A stretch of DNA of 63,914 bases, counting the filler, from Chiloscyllium plagiosum (taxonomy: Eukaryota), in the NCBI RefSeq assembly GCF_004010195.1. It is 4 parts of one record of this genome, joined end to end, with 100 filler letters (N's around TTAATTAATTAA, not from the genome) between each part and the next. Parts side by side here need not be neighbours in the genome. Positions count along the whole stretch, not along the records: positions 1 to 27,782 come from NC_057712.1; 3 more parts are not named here. One strand, 5' to 3'. The position numbers and the translations under genes are program-made. Below the pieces are notes generated by a model. The model had not been told where the DNA came from, searched no databases, and saw only the letters and a program-made list of their open reading frames with translations. Shown in pieces: positions 11,773-25,149 of this stretch. The stretch's first letter is position 1. Every line of letters begins with the position of its first letter.

Positions 11773-14700
11773 ACTTTAAATCTTGAAATTTTTGAGATGG
11801 ACTATTTGCAGTTTAAAAGGGTGAACAGGAGAAAAGAACTGGGACTCTCAACTCAATTTATAATGTTTACCCCAGCCATTATTAATTACACCCTACCATA
11901 TCTCAGTTTATGACTGATTTGCTCAAAGATCACCACTTGGAAAAGTTGACTCATACAAAATACATCATGTGCATAGTATTTAACATGCATTATTTTAAAA
12001 TCTCTGTCAGTATTTATTTAAAATGAATAACAATATATTGCAATTCATTAAAGGGAGAGTAAAATAATTGTGACCCCAGTGGGATAAAATTATGATGTTT
12101 ACATAAAGATTCTCTAAATCAATACAAAAGAGCACTTCATAAACACTACGTGAAAACTTCCATTGTCAAATTTATGCGGCTGTTTAATTCAGCCGTCAAG
12201 TTTATATCCCTGCTGTATAATTGTAAATCATAATATAGTGCTTGCAGGGCATTGATCAGAAAAAGATAAATGCAGGAGCACTTTGTGTTGCAATTTTTAT
12301 TTGCTACACTAGCTGGATGCCAAATTCTGCATCTCAAATGTTAAGCTCTTAATGTTTAAAAAAAGTGAGCAGGAGAATGAATTGAAGTCGAAAGCTCTTT
12401 CAGGGGGTTGGCAGAGGCTCAATGGGTCAAAAAGCCTTGATGGGTGCTGCAAATTTTAAAGGTTTAATTTTACCAGACCTCTTGACGATGAGCTAGGACA
12501 TGGGAGAGCTGGCAAAATAGCATGATGGCATCAGTGAGTGTGCCAGCTGACTTCCTGCTAACATGCCATTATTCCAGTATTAGTGCTACATTGGAAGACC
12601 ACAGCAAACCTTGGCAATCTCCCTGTGGGACATTCAAAGAGCCTTGTTTTTTGGCCACTCCATGATCAAGGGATGGGCCCTCTTGTGGAATTGTGAAAGC
12701 CTGCCTCAGCAACACATGCTGAACACTTGAGCTTTTGAGTGTTAGAAATAGGATTGTATTAGAACCACTTTGTTAACCATAACTCACCCCAAATGCATGT
12801 TCAGAGAAGTGATCAGAAATAACTCCATCCCCAAACACAGACTTACCCATGACCATATCTTTGCCAATCCTTTAACCTTCTTCCCCTCCTCTAAAGTTCA
12901 GAATATGCTTCTGAACTAGAATTCAGGTCTGCATCTCTTTTTAACTCAAGTTCTCTTTTCACTTGATTTATGTGTGAATGTTAATGCCTGTTTACGAGGC
13001 ATGTGTGAATGCTCCTTCCCAAACGTTGGCTCTTCCTTCTTTTCCAAACTGTGTTGTATTTAGCTTACAATATTAATCTGAATTGAAAAATGAATGTGTA
13101 CAGTAAAACTAATCTACTAGATTGTAAAACCAGAAGGTCATTATGGCTCTGGTGAAATTTGGCATCATGGAAATAACGTGACAGTCTCCAGCTCCTAATA
13201 TAAAACCACCAGCGATATAATTGGCATTTTGATTTTCTGACCAATGTCAAGGACTCAAAAATCTAAAATTATTCCAATTGCTTAATCATCTTGCTGAGGT
13301 TGGATAAAAGGGGAAGGCTACTGCTGTCTGTAAAAATAAAGTCCCCATAGTTCTGTACTTTCATTCAAGAGAGATGACCATTGCTAATGATGATTTTGTC
13401 ACAGCCAAAAGGAAGCAAGCAAAGTTTTCTCAACAGGTTGCTAGATTAGCCTGAGGCTTCCACAATGATATGGAAGTTCATAATAAATATATTAATTTTT
13501 TTCAGCTTTAGAGTTACAGATCATCAAGGAGCAGCTGACCATTTGTAATGATGGGGGAGTTAACACAATGTTATGGCCTCGTTTGGAGGAGTCAATTGAT
13601 TCCTATCCTTGTTCTATTTCTCCAACAGTTGCAGCAAAGTTTGAATTTTAAAAGGGAAGTGATATTGCCAAGTATTTATAAATCAGAGCATACACAGCGC
13701 AGTAACACAAGAAGTCTGCTATGTTCCTTTAGTAAGAGCTTATTGAAAACAAAACTTGAGGCAAAGATGTACAGATATTACCAAAAAGTTTGTACTATGT
13801 AAATATATACAACTAATCTTCTTCAAATATAACATAGAGATAAGCTCCAAGTCTGGGGAGAAAATGTAAACATCTACATAGTGTTATCTTAAAAGTACAT
13901 TGGCCAATAATGTTTCAATTCAGGGAAAATCAAATTATGATAATTTGTCCAAATGTTCATCTGTAGCCAAAATCACTTTGCTCATAAGCTGTTAGCACTC
14001 TAATTTTGTTTTGAATCAGATATGACTGATTGAATTCTTATTATCTGGAGAGAGTGGTGGTGGATTCTGAATATTTCTTTAGGATCTCTTGATTTGTAGC
14101 AATGAAAAGGTCTTCTGTAGGAATCCTCGAGTTGTGGACATTAGGTATTCCAATGGGTTTATAACTTGCAAACTTTAATAAGATGGCTTCAGAGAAAACA
14201 TAGAGAACATGGCATAGGCCTCTCTTTAACTGTCTGTGTTCAAGTCTAATTGTTTTACTTCTTTCCCTCCTGAAAATATTGCAGACTTAGTGACTCCAGT
14301 TGAACAGCTTGTTTTCTTTTGAAATGCATTTTTTCCAAAATGTCCAAGATGTAAATCTGTGTGGAGTCAATGGTATTCTGAATTCAGTTTTCAAATACCA
14401 CATAATAACAACATGGCAGAGATATGCTACCTACTGAGTGTCCCCTTCACATGATTTTGCAATTTTAAAATGCTTTATGATTCCCGAGATGGGAGATTAA
14501 AAAAAGTTTTGCTTTTGTTATATTGTGAATTATCATGTAAGTGATCTATCTTTAAGGGTCATGCACTGTATGATGGCATGTAATCAAATAGGAGCTAACA
14601 TAACTATCACAGTGTGATGGTGGTACATCATCAGAATATCATGCCAAATCACATCAGTGTTATATTACTGTTCTCATGACTCATATTTTGAGTTGTTTGG

Positions 14701-14844
14701 AATTCTCTTCTAAAATAAAAGAGATGTTAAAATTGATTGCTTAATTTAATTGTATTGGCATTTCTTTACAAGTTCTAAGTGCAAAAATAGTTACAGATTT
14801 ACAACAATTTTAAAAATTTATTTGAAAGCTGTCAAGACTATGTG

Positions 14845-14970
14845 TGAGGTGAAAGCAAGGACTGCAGATCAGAGTCAAGTTTAGAGTGCTGCTGGAAAAG
14901 CACAGCAGGCCATGAAGCATCCGAGGAGCAGGAAAATTGATGTTTTGGGCAAGAGCCCTTCATCAGGAAA
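14845..14970 (-). mobile_element. Short Penelope-terminus insert with degenerate hammerhead (family A)
   Basis: Reverse complement reads CCTGATGAAGGGCTCTTGCCCAAAACATC followed by the CCTGCTCCTCGGATGC..CTTTTCCAGCA tail. Confidence 0.8.
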
Positions 14971-14987
14971 CCTGATTCCTGATTTAT

Positions 14988-15270
14988 GGGCGGCACGGTG
15001 GCATAGTGGTTAGCACTGCTGTTGCACAGCGCTAGAGACCTAGGTTCAATTCCTGCCTCAGGCAACTGGCTGTGTGGAGTTTACACATTCTCCCCATGTC
15101 TGAGTGGGTTTCTTCCAGGTGCTCCGGTTTCCTCCCACAGTCCAAAAATGTGCAGGTTAGGTGAACTGGCCATGCTAAATTGCCTGTAGTGTTAGGTGAA
15201 GGGGTAAATGTAGGTGAATGGGTCTGGGTGGGTTGCTCTTCAGAAGGTCGTTGTGGACTTGTTGGGCCAA
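14988..15270 (+). mobile_element. tRNA-derived V-SINE (HE1-like)
   Basis: Head GGGCGGCACGGTGGCATAGTGGTTAGCAC..GGTTCAATTCC (A and B boxes); V-domain GTGTGGAGTTT..CTCCCCATGTCTG..GGTTTCCTCCCACAGTCC. Confidence 0.9.
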
Positions 15271-16835
15271 TTCGTCCATGTCGACCAGATATCCCAACCC
15301 AATCTAGTCCCACCTGCCAGCACCCGGCCCATATCCCTCCAAACCCTTCCTATTCATAAAACCATCCAGATGTTTTTTAAATGTTGCAATTGTACCAGCC
15401 TCCACTGCTTCCTCTGGCAGCTCATTCCATACACGTACCACCCTCTGAGTGAAAAAGTTGCCCCTTAGGTTTCTTTTATTGATTTCCTCTCTCACCCTAA
15501 ACCTATGTCCTCTAGATCTGGACTCCCTCACTCTAGGGAACAGACTTTGTCTATTTAGCCTATCCATGCCCCTCATGATTTTATAAACCTCTATATGGTC
15601 ACCCCTCAGCCTCTGATGCTCCAGGGAAAACAGCCCCAGCCTATTCAGCCTCTCCCTATAGCTCAGATCCTCCAACCCTGGCAACATCCCTGTAAATCTT
15701 TTCTGAATCCTTTTAAATGTCGCAACATCTTTCCGATAGGGACGAGACCAGAATTGCACACAATATTCCAAAAGGGGCTTAACCAATGATCTGTACAGCC
15801 GCACCATGACCTCCCAACTCCTGTACTCAATACTCTGACCAATAAAAGAAAGCATACCAAACGCCTTCTTCACTATCCTATCTACCTGTGACTCCACTTT
15901 CAAGGAGCTTTGAACCTGCACTCCCATGTCTCTTTGTTCAGCAACACTCCCTCGGACCTTACCATTAAGCGTATAAGTCCTGCTAAGATTTGCTTTCCCA
16001 AAATGCAGCATCTCACATTTATCTAAATTAAACTCCATCTGCTACTCCTCAGCCCATTGGCCCATCTGACGAAGATCCCGTTATAATTCGAGGTTACCCT
16101 CTTCGCTGTCCACTACACCTTCAATTTTGGTGTCATCTGCAAACTTACTAACTGTACGTCTTATGCTCACATTCAAATCATTTATATAAATGATGAAAAG
16201 TAGTTGACCCCTGCACTCCTTGTGGCACTCCACTGGTCACAGGCCTCCAGTCTGAAAAACAACCCTCCACCACCACCGTCTGTCTTCTACCTTTCACCCA
16301 GTTCTGTATCCAAATGGCTAGTTCTCCCTGTATTCCATGAGATCTAACCTTGCTAACAAGTCTCTAATTGGGAACCTTGTCAAACGCCTTACTGAAGTCC
16401 ATATAGATCATGTCTACCGCTCTGCCCTCATCAATCCTCTTTGTTACTTCTTCAAAAAACTTAATCAAGTTTGTGAGACATGATTTCCTGCAGATAAAGC
16501 CATGTTGACTATCCCTAATCAGTCCTTGCCTTTCCAAATACACGTACATCCTGTCCCTCAGGATTCCCTCCAACAACTTGCCCACCACCGATGTCAGGCT
16601 CATTGGTCTATAGTTCCCTGGCTTTTCCTTACCACCTTTCTTAAAAGCATCCAGCATTCCCTATACCTACCAGCCTTTCGTTTCATCCTAACAGGAATAT
16701 ATTGTCTCTGCGCTCTCGTTATCTCATTTCTGAAGGCTACCCATTTTCCAGCTGTCCCTTTACCTGTGAACATTTGCCACCAATCAGCTTTTGAAAGTTC
16801 TTGCAATACCATCAAAATTGGCCTTTTGCCAACTT
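15271..16835 (-). mobile_element. CR1 (HER1-like) LINE, RT region with internal deletions
   Basis: ORF 15304-16038 is the CR1 RT C-terminus; ORF 16364-16657 has PGNYRP..DFSKAFDKVP; FADD at ~16135. Confidence 0.95.
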
Positions 16836-16881
16836 AGATCTCCATCAGTATCTGATTTATTTCAGTAAATGTGAAAGATTA

Positions 16882-17325
16882 AAAGAAAGACTTGGATCTG
16901 TCGAGAGATTTTCATGACCACTGGACATCTCAAAGCACCTTAAAGCCAGTGAAGTACTTTTTTGAATGTTGATGTGGAGGAGCTGGTGTTGGACTGGGGT
17001 GGACAAAGTTAAAAATCACATAACACCAGGTTGTAGTCCAACGTGTCAGCCAATTCTTTGCAGAATGTGCTCCCACATCCAGTCATTTGATAAGAACCAG
17101 TTATTCCAGTCTTGTGACATTAATTCAAGAATAAATATTAGTCAGATACTAGGAATACCTTCTGCTCATATTAGTGCTGTTAATCTATTTTAGAGTTCCG
17201 TTTAATGTCTCACCGCACAGAGAGCACTGCTCTGCCATTTGCATGGGAGTATTAATTTTTAATTTCATGCTCTAGCCCTGGATTAAAATCTGAACTCAGA
17301 GATTTGAGTGCTGCCATTAAGACAT
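16882..17325 (-). mobile_element. Ancient Deu-domain SINE (SacSINE1/AmnSINE-like), interrupted at ~16970-17042 by a Penelope-terminus fragment
   Basis: Reverse complement shows the tail AAAAGTACTTCACTGGCT..TTTGAGATGTCC..AAGTCTTTCTTT and core AATATTTAT, matching the copy at 45480-46260. Confidence 0.7.
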
Positions 17326-17384
17326 CCACAAATGCAAATGACCATTCAAATTGAGATCACTCACAGTCAGATTGTGTCACACAT

Positions 17385-17555
17385 AGTCTAGATTAGAGTG
17401 GTACTGGAAAAGCACAGCAGATCAGGCAGCATCCAAGAAGCAGGAAAATCAGAAACAAAAACAGAAATTTTTGGAAAAGCTCAGTAGTTCTGGCAGCATC
17501 TTTGGGGAGAAATCACAATTAACGCATCAGGTCCAGTGTTTTTTCACAGAAGTTC
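17385..17555 (-). mobile_element. Short Penelope-terminus fragments (family A tail plus degenerate family D)
   Basis: GATTAGAGTGGTACTGGAAAAGCACAGCAG and GGAAAAGCTCAG..GCAGCATCT segments shared with the other short inserts. Confidence 0.6.
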
Positions 17556-18300
17556 ATTCTGATGATCACTCCTACTCATGTCAGGTTTCTTGGGAAATCC
17601 AGAAAATAAAAGGAGGCAAAAAAGATTGTATCCATCGGATAATTACCCTTGCAGTAATACCTATGTGCAGACATGATGGATCTAAATCCAACAAGACTCC
17701 AAGTAAACAAAACACCCATGGTATATGTTACATATTCCCATCATTGATTATGTCCCAAAGCTAACTGGGCACAACTCACAGCCATCATTAGAACTCTTTC
17801 ATTCATTTAGACATCACCATGAATGGTGACTCACATGATTAATGAATGCCTAACCTCTCAATCTCTGGACTTACCAAAGGGTCCACATTTGAGCCAATAC
17901 TTTCTGTCGTACGTTTTCTTTAGTGATAGTTATTGCATTTATTTCCTCTTCCCCTTGATTATTTAGTACAGTTCCAATGCTATTAGTGTCTTGCTACATG
18001 ACCTACCATGAAAACTGATGTCAATTTATTCTGTTCCTCAGCCATTTCTTGATTTCCTATTATTATTTCCCTAGCCTCAATCTCTAAGATCTATGTTCAC
18101 TTTGGTATCTCATTTCTTTTTTTATGCATTTAAAGAGGCTCTTGCAGTCCATTTTTATGTCACTTGCTAGTTTACCCTCACAGTTAATACTTTACATTAT
18201 TAGACTTTAGACTTCAGGAAAAAAATTCCAGTTCTGTGGATTACCACTAATTGTTGCCACATGTCTTTTTTTTCAATTTGATGCTGTCCTTAATGTTCTT

Positions 18301-18430
18301 GTGATTTGGAGATGCCGGTGTTGGACTGGGGTGTACAAAGTTAAAAATCACACAACACCAGGTTATAGTCCAACAGGTTTAATTGGCAGCACACTAGCTT
18401 TCGGAGCGACGCTCCTTCGTCAGGTGATAG
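18301..18430 (-). mobile_element. Short Penelope-terminus insert (family B)
   Basis: GGAGATGCCGGTGTTGGACTGGGG..AAAATCACACAACACCAGG, also seen at 16970, 61932 and 63315. Confidence 0.8.
18392..18427 (-). ncRNA. Minimal type I hammerhead ribozyme motif (family B)
   Basis: Reverse complement: cac CTGACGA a ggagc gtc gctcc GAAAGCTA gtg. Stem I cac/gtg, stem II 5 bp, palindromic AGCT stem III. Confidence 0.8.
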
Positions 18431-19186
18431 TATGTTCTTGGTTAGCCATAGTTGGTTTACCTCCTTGTAGAACTCTTCTTATTCACTGGGATATATCCAT
18501 GGCATGAGTAATAAATTGTTCCTCAACTTTTTTTTTCTCTATTAAACTTCTTTTCCAGATTACTCAAGCTAGCCCTGCCCTCTGCTTTGTAATTACTGTT
18601 ATATAGTTTCAGCATAGTGTTTCTGACTAAAGTTTCTTACTCACAAGCTAAGTTCAGACATTTATGGTCACCATTTTCTAGGGGACTTTTTTACTCTGAG
18701 ATCATTTATTAAATCTGCCACATTACATAATACCAGATTAAAAACAGTTGGATTCCTGGTTGGATCCACAATATAGTCTTCAAAAAGCTGTTCTATTATA
18801 CTCTATGAATTTCTCCTTGTGGCTACCTCTGCCAAATTAATTTTCCCAAGATGAAAGTCACACATCCTTAATGGGCTGCCTTTCGCTAATGCTTTTTCAT
18901 TATCTCTTGATGTATTCTGTGTCCTACAGTATAACTACAGTTAGAGGGCCTGTAGACTACACTGATCGGTAATTTCTTTCACTTGTTATTTCCATATGAA
19001 TCCATATGGATTCTACATCTTCCAATTCAAAATCATTTCTTACTATCATATTCATTCCATTCCATTCTACTCTATTCCGCCACTTTTTCCTTCCTAACTG
19101 TCCTTTTGAATTGTCATATACCCCTGGATATTTGGTTCCCATCTTTGATCTCCTCCTAACTATACCTCTGTAATTCTTATGTGTGC

Positions 19187-19430
19187 ATTAACGTTGTTAA
19201 TTAATTTATTTACTTTTGTTCAGAATTTAAGCAAAGAGCTGCTAATTTTGCCATTCTTTTGCCCCTTTGTTTGTAGACTCTGTCCTTTCCTGTTCTGTTT
19301 TGGGATTAACGTTGTTAATTAATTTATTTACTTTTGTTCAGAATTTAAGCAAAGAGCTGCTAATTTTGCCATTCTTTTGCCCCTTTAACCCTTTGTTTGT
19401 AGACTCTGTCCTTTCCTGTTCTGTTTTGAG
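19187..19430. repeat. Tandem duplication, ~118-bp period x2
   Basis: ATTAACGTTGTTAATTAATTTATTTAC...CTGTTCTGTTTTG starts at 19187 and again at 19305, nearly identical. Confidence 0.95.
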
Positions 19431-20357
19431 ATTCAATATCTAAAGAGCTGCTTTTCAATGCTGTCATATCCTTTTTGCTTTGTAAGCCTACATTTTCCCT
19501 CTCCCACAATTCCCTTCTCTCCACTCGAATGAGTGTAAGCCCTCTCTGGGGCACTAGTTATTCAATTTGCCAACACACTGGCCCACCATGGTTCAAGTGA
19601 AGCCCGTCCACCAGGAACAATTTCCTTCTACCCTAGTACTGGTGCCAGTGCCCAACTACCCAAAATCCATTCCTCCCACACCAATCTCTCAGCCTGTATT
19701 TAACTATTTTATTTTCCTCACCCTATGGCATTCTGGTCAATTGTAACATCAGGATATTTTTTGGAATAACTTGGGCAGGAACCTGCAAGTGGTTGTGTTC
19801 TAATGCATTTCCTCCCTCTGTCCTAGGTAGCTACATAATATTTTGATACTGCCTTATGTTGCCGAGTCAAAACTCTGGGCCACCTTATCAATGTATGTGG
19901 GTTATCTTGTTGAGTTAAGGGTTAACAGCAAACTTGTTTCTTGCAGAAGCAAATACTTTCCAAAATAAACAAGATGCCTTTGAAGTATTGTATAAGGGCT
20001 ACATAGATAGTCCTGAGATACTAAAAGTATTTTGAGTAAACAGTCACGAGATCAGCCATGAATGCACTTTCCATTCCTTTTCATATTTATTACATAGTAC
20101 TCATTTTTGGTTCTAGGTCCCCAGAACTGAGCTAACAAACAACATGGAGTTATTTAAAAAAAAAATAAACTGGAGACTATTATACTGTTTATATGTGAGG
20201 CAATTTTCTTCCTTTTGATTCTACCAAGGAGCTTGCATTGTCAACTGCGCCAGAACTGTACCCTTTCCGAACAAAATAAAATAAATGTATACATTTGGGT
20301 GCAGAGTATTAGCATGTCTTGATTTATACTGTACAATGGCTTAGAACTTGAAATACT

Positions 20358-20585
20358 AACGTGGTATGGTGGATCAGTAATTCGCACTGCTGCCTAACAG
20401 CACCAGGGGGCCGGGTTCAATTCCATGTTGAGTGGAGTTTGCATGTTCTCCCTGTGTCTGTGTGAGTTTCCACTGGGTGCTCTGGTTTCCTCCCACATTC
20501 CAAGGGTTTGCAGCCTCGCTGGAATAGCTGCGGGGAATGCAGGGTTCCAGGCATAGGGTGGGATGCTCTTTGGAGGATTGGGGTG
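20358..20585 (+). mobile_element. Divergent V-SINE
   Basis: tRNA head (CCGGGTTCAATTCC) and V-domain GGAGTTTGCATGTTCTCCC. Confidence 0.8.
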
Positions 20586-20596
20586 TGTATTTAAAA

Positions 20597-23500
20597 AACA
20601 TAGTACAGCACAGTACATCCCTTTGACCCTCAATGTTGTGCTGGCCTCTTATCCTACTCTAAGATCGGACTAACCTACATACCCTTCATTGTACTATCTT
20701 CCACATGCCTATCCAAGAGTCGCTTAAATGTCTCGAATGTATCTGACTCTACTACCACTGCCAGCAATGCATTCCACACACCCTCTACTTCTGTAAAGAA
20801 CTTGCCTCTGACATCTTACCGAAACTTTCCACCAATTACCTTAAAATTATGCCCCCTTGTGTTAGACATTTCCACCATAGAAAAAAGTCTCTGGCTATCC
20901 ACTGTATCTATGCCTCTCTCAATATCTTGTACACCTCTATCAAGTCATCTCTCATCCTTCTTCACTCCAATGAGAAAAGCCCTAACTCCCTCAACCTTTC
21001 TTCATAAGACATGCCCTTGAAGTGGGAGTTGACACAGGGCATGCTGACATGGGACACACAGACACAAGATGGCTACTGAGCTATTGCATGGAAAAGTACA
21101 GTGAAGCATACACAGGTGCGAGCTGATGCCAACAGGAGACCAGCACAATAGACACAGAACATAGATAATTAGTTACGGCGGGTTGGGGACAGAATACATA
21201 TCAGTAACATCTACTGCCCGCCGAAGTGTTTGAGTCCAGCCGCCACCTTCAATAGAAATGTTAACTACCTGAGACTACTTGTATACACATGTTCATACCT
21301 TAACTTTGCAATAATGGAAAACAATCGTTCTTCTCAGGAAGAACGATCACGACCAATTACTACAGCAATGGGCTTCTGCGTAGCTGCTGAAACTGACAAT
21401 GACTGTAACATTTTCTGTAAACAAACCAGGCTCGATACCCTGGACCATTATACCATGAAATGTATAAAATATTGTGACATGTGCCCTGAGGGTGAGAGAA
21501 GGCTCACAGCTGGCAGCTGGGCTGCGAGAAATCTCTCTCTCCCCGGAGCTCCGGTTTCTTTGTACAATAAACTCTGTCGTTGAATCCTGATTCTGCCTCC
21601 GAGACTAGTGATTTTCCCCACAACACCCTCTAGTCTAGGTAGCATCCTGGTAAATCTCCTCTGCACCCTCTCTAATGCTTCCACATCTTTTCTATAATGA
21701 GGTGATCAGAACTGAACACAATATTCTGAGTGTGATCTAACCAGGGCTCCATAAATCTGCAGCATAACCTCACAGCTCTTAAACTCAATCCTCCTGCTAA
21801 TGAAATCATACACCTTCTTAACAACTTGATTGGCAACTTTGAGATATCTACAGACATGGATCTCAAGATCCCTCTGTTCCTCCACACTGCCAAGAATCCT
21901 GCATTTAACCCTGTATTCATGAAAGACCTCCCCTACTTCCTCTGACTCTGGGCGCAGGTTCCCTCCGCTATCCCTGATCAGCCCTACCCTCACTCTGGTC
22001 ATCCTCTTGTTCCTCACATAAGTGTAGAATGCCTTAGAGTTTTACTTAATGCTACCCACTAAAGCTTTTTTATGCCCCCTTGTAGTTCTCCTAAGTCTAT
22101 TCTTTAGTTCCTTCCTGGCTACCTTGTAACCCTCTAAAGCCCTGTCTGATCCTTGCCTCCTTAACCTTAAATAAGCTTCCTTCTTCCTGTTGAGTAGATG
22201 TTCCACATCCCTTGCCAACCAAGGTTCTTTCAATCTACCATGCCTCAGTGGGACAAACCTATCCAGCACTATCAGTAAGTGCTTACTAAACAAGCTCCAT
22301 ATTTCTGTCGTTCTTTTCCCTGAGAATATCTGTTCCCAATTTAGGCTTCCCAGTTCCTTCCTAATAGCATTGTGATTCCCCCTCCCCCAATTAAGTACTT
22401 TCCCATACCTTCTGCTCCTATTCCTCTCCATGAGTAGCGTAAAGTCCAGGGATTTGTGATCACTATCATCGAAATGCTCTCCCACCAAGAGACCTGACAC
22501 CTGGCTTGGTTCTAGTTGGCTTATCTACATATTGAGTCAAGAACCCTTCCTGGACACACCTGACAAAAACTGCTCCATCCAAACTATTTGAACTAAGGAG
22601 ATTCCAATCAATATTGGGGAAGTTAAAGTCACTCATGACAACAACCCTGTTACCTCTGAAGCTTTGCAAAATTTGCCTTCCGATTTGCTCCTCTGTGTCT
22701 CTATTGCTATTACGAGGCCTGTAGAAAACTCCCAATAAAGTGACTGCTGCTTTCCTGTTTCTGACTTCCACCCATACTGAATCTGTAGACAAATCCTCCT
22801 CAATGACCTCCCTTTCTGATACTATCCCTGATTAGCAATGCCACTCCTCCAACTCTTTTACCCCATCCCCCCCGACCTATTCCTTTTGAAACATCTAAAC
22901 CCTGGAACATCCAACAATCATTCCTGTCCCTATGATATCCAAGTCTCCATAATGACCACAGCATCATAGTTCCAAGTACCAATCCATGCTCTGAGTTCAT
23001 CGCCCTTGTTCCTGATACTCTTGCATTAAAATAGGCACAATTCAACCCATCACACGACCTGCTCCTTTGCCCTATCAAGCGCCTTATCCCTCCTCACAGA
23101 CCCTCTGCATGCTGTATCTGGCTGTTGACTACCTATTCCATCATCTGATCCGTAGCACAGGTTCCCACCCCCTGCCAATCTAGTTTAAACCCTCCCGAGG
23201 AATCTAGCAAACTTCCCACCCAAGATATTGGTGACCCCCCCCCCCCCCCCACCCCAGTTCAGGTGCAACCTGTCCTTCTTGTACAGGTCTCACCTTCCTC
23301 CGAAGGTGTCCCAATGATTCACATATCTGAAGCCCTCCCTCCTACACAAGCCCTGCAGCCAGGTGTTCATATGCACTTACTCTCTATTCCTAGCCTCACT
23401 AGCACGTGGCACTGATAGCAATCCTGAGATTACTACTCTGTTCGTCCTGCCTTCTAGCTTCCCACTTAACTCCCAATATTCTTTTTTTAGGTCTTCCCCC

Positions 23501-23612
23501 TTTTCCCTACCTATGTCCATAATGTATACCATGACTTCTGGCTGCTTTCCTTCCCCTTAAGAATCCTGTAGACTCAATCCAAGACATCCTTGACCCTGGC
23601 ACCCGGGGGCCA
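20597..23612 (-). mobile_element. CR1 LINE (ORF1 end, APE, deleted RT, 3' end), split by a solo LTR
   Basis: Motifs YFNAR, VWVEVRN..GVFYRP..DFNFPNIDW, DSDH, YCVQF and LERVQRRFTRML. Confidence 0.92.
21018..21625 (+). mobile_element. Solo LTR (608 bp)
   Basis: TG..CA ends with an imperfect inverted repeat (TGAAGTGGG / CCCACAACA); 4-bp TSD CCCT at 21014-21017 and 21626-21629; TATAAAA at 21463; AATAAA at 21566. The CR1 sequence resumes seamlessly on both sides. Confidence 0.92.
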
Positions 23613-23619
23613 ACACTGG

Positions 23620-24440
23620 GTTTGTTGGACCAAATCGCCTGCTATCACACTGTAGAGATTTTATGACATTTATGGGGAGGTTCCAGAATGGGTATATTCC
23701 AACTTTAACAGAAAATGTTAAAGGTAGTGTCAAACTTAAAGAGAAAGCATATAATTGCAAAAAGACAAGTGTCGGTCCAGAGGACAGAACAGAATATAGA
23801 GAATGGCAAGAAAGGAAAGAAAACTTAGAGTATGCGGAAAACTAGCTAGAAATATGATAATAGATAGTAAGATTTTCTATAAATATTTAATAATGAAAAG
23901 AGTTAACACAGCCGGTGTTGTGCCTAGAAAAAGTGAGTCTAGAGAATTAATAATGGGAAATAAAGAGGTGACAGATGAATAATTTATTTTTTTCATCAGT
24001 TTTCTATACAGAGAATATAAGTAACATCTGAGAAAAAGCTGTAAACTAAGAAATGGAAGAAACTCAGGAAAATTACTAACACTGAGGAAGCAATTTGTCA
24101 GAGCTGACAAGTGCTGAGTCCTGATGAACTCATCTTAGGGTCTTAAAAAGAGATGGCGAGCAACATATTGGATGCATTGGTTAAGATGTTCAAAGTCCCT
24201 GAGGGTTCTAATAGATTTGATGATTAAAAGAAATGTAACTCCTTTATGCAAAAAGAGGGGACAGAAAGCAGGAAACTCCAGGCTGTGTAATTTAACAACA
24301 GTCATAGGGAAAATGTTAGAAACTTTTATTAAAACGTTCAAGCAGGGAACTTGATATGTTCAAGATAATCAAATTATATTTATCCAATTTACTAGAGTTC
24401 TTTGAGGAAGTAACATATGCTATGGATAAAAGGAGACTGG
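23620..24440 (+). mobile_element. Old CR1 LINE fragment
   Basis: NVTPL.KK..QKAGNSR..NLTTVIGKMLE peptide. Confidence 0.75.
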
Positions 24441-25149
24441 AGGATTGAATTGACTTAGCTTTATTGTCACTTCTACTCAAATGAGTACAGTGAAAGGTTT
24501 ACAGTTGGTGCATTGCAGTGCTACCTTAAGTACAAAAGTATCTAGGTAACAGACAAATTCATAGCGAACAAAACAAAACAGAAAAGTAAAGAAATTAATC
24601 GTCCAGCATTATAGGTCATAAAAATATATTAGAAAAATAAAGAAGTAACAACTTCAGAATATCAGTCTTTCTGACCCGCAGTCCACGTTGGCACCTAACT
24701 TCAAGGGAGGCCTCCACTGCCTCGCTGCTGCCTGCACCAGATCCACCAAAGTAGGAGTTGCCCACTTTAGGCATCATCTCTTCCCTGCTGGGCCTACTTC
24801 ACTGATGCCGCTGAGCCCACACTCTCCCCCCAGTGAAACTCTGTGGCTCTGCTGCCAGGTCAGGCCACCGATGGGTCATAAGTCCCTCTTCAGTGCAGAT
24901 GTCGCCTTGCTGGCATCGCCACATTGAAGAAACCCCTGCTGCTGGCTTTGCCAGCCCCAATCACTGGAGGAGTTTTGTTGCTGCTGCCACTGCCCCGAAC
25001 GATGGGAGAATGCCTGTCTGCTGCTGCCTCCTATCACTGTTAGGAAATATGATAACAGATAGTAAGATTTTCTATCTTAGAGAAGGCATGTCCAGTGCTC
25101 TGCATGTGGCCTGCTCTTGCTGCCAGGCCAGTGCTGCCGATAACCGATA

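Larger units (their letters stand above)
17950..19720 (-). mobile_element. Old CR1 LINE (endonuclease and upstream region), fragmented
   Basis: VESIWI peptide and degenerate APE-region sequence. Confidence 0.6.

Noticed and set aside
11780..14830. Host exons in AT-rich unique sequence (also 42100-47900)
   Set aside because: The short ORFs show no recognisable protein similarity or convincing splice pattern. Small exons cannot be excluded without RNA data.
14988..15060. tRNA genes at SINE heads
   Set aside because: Each continues into a SINE body or tail, so these are not stand-alone tRNAs.
23236..23256. Poly-C tract / G-quadruplex
   Set aside because: Simple homopolymer expansion inside a CR1.
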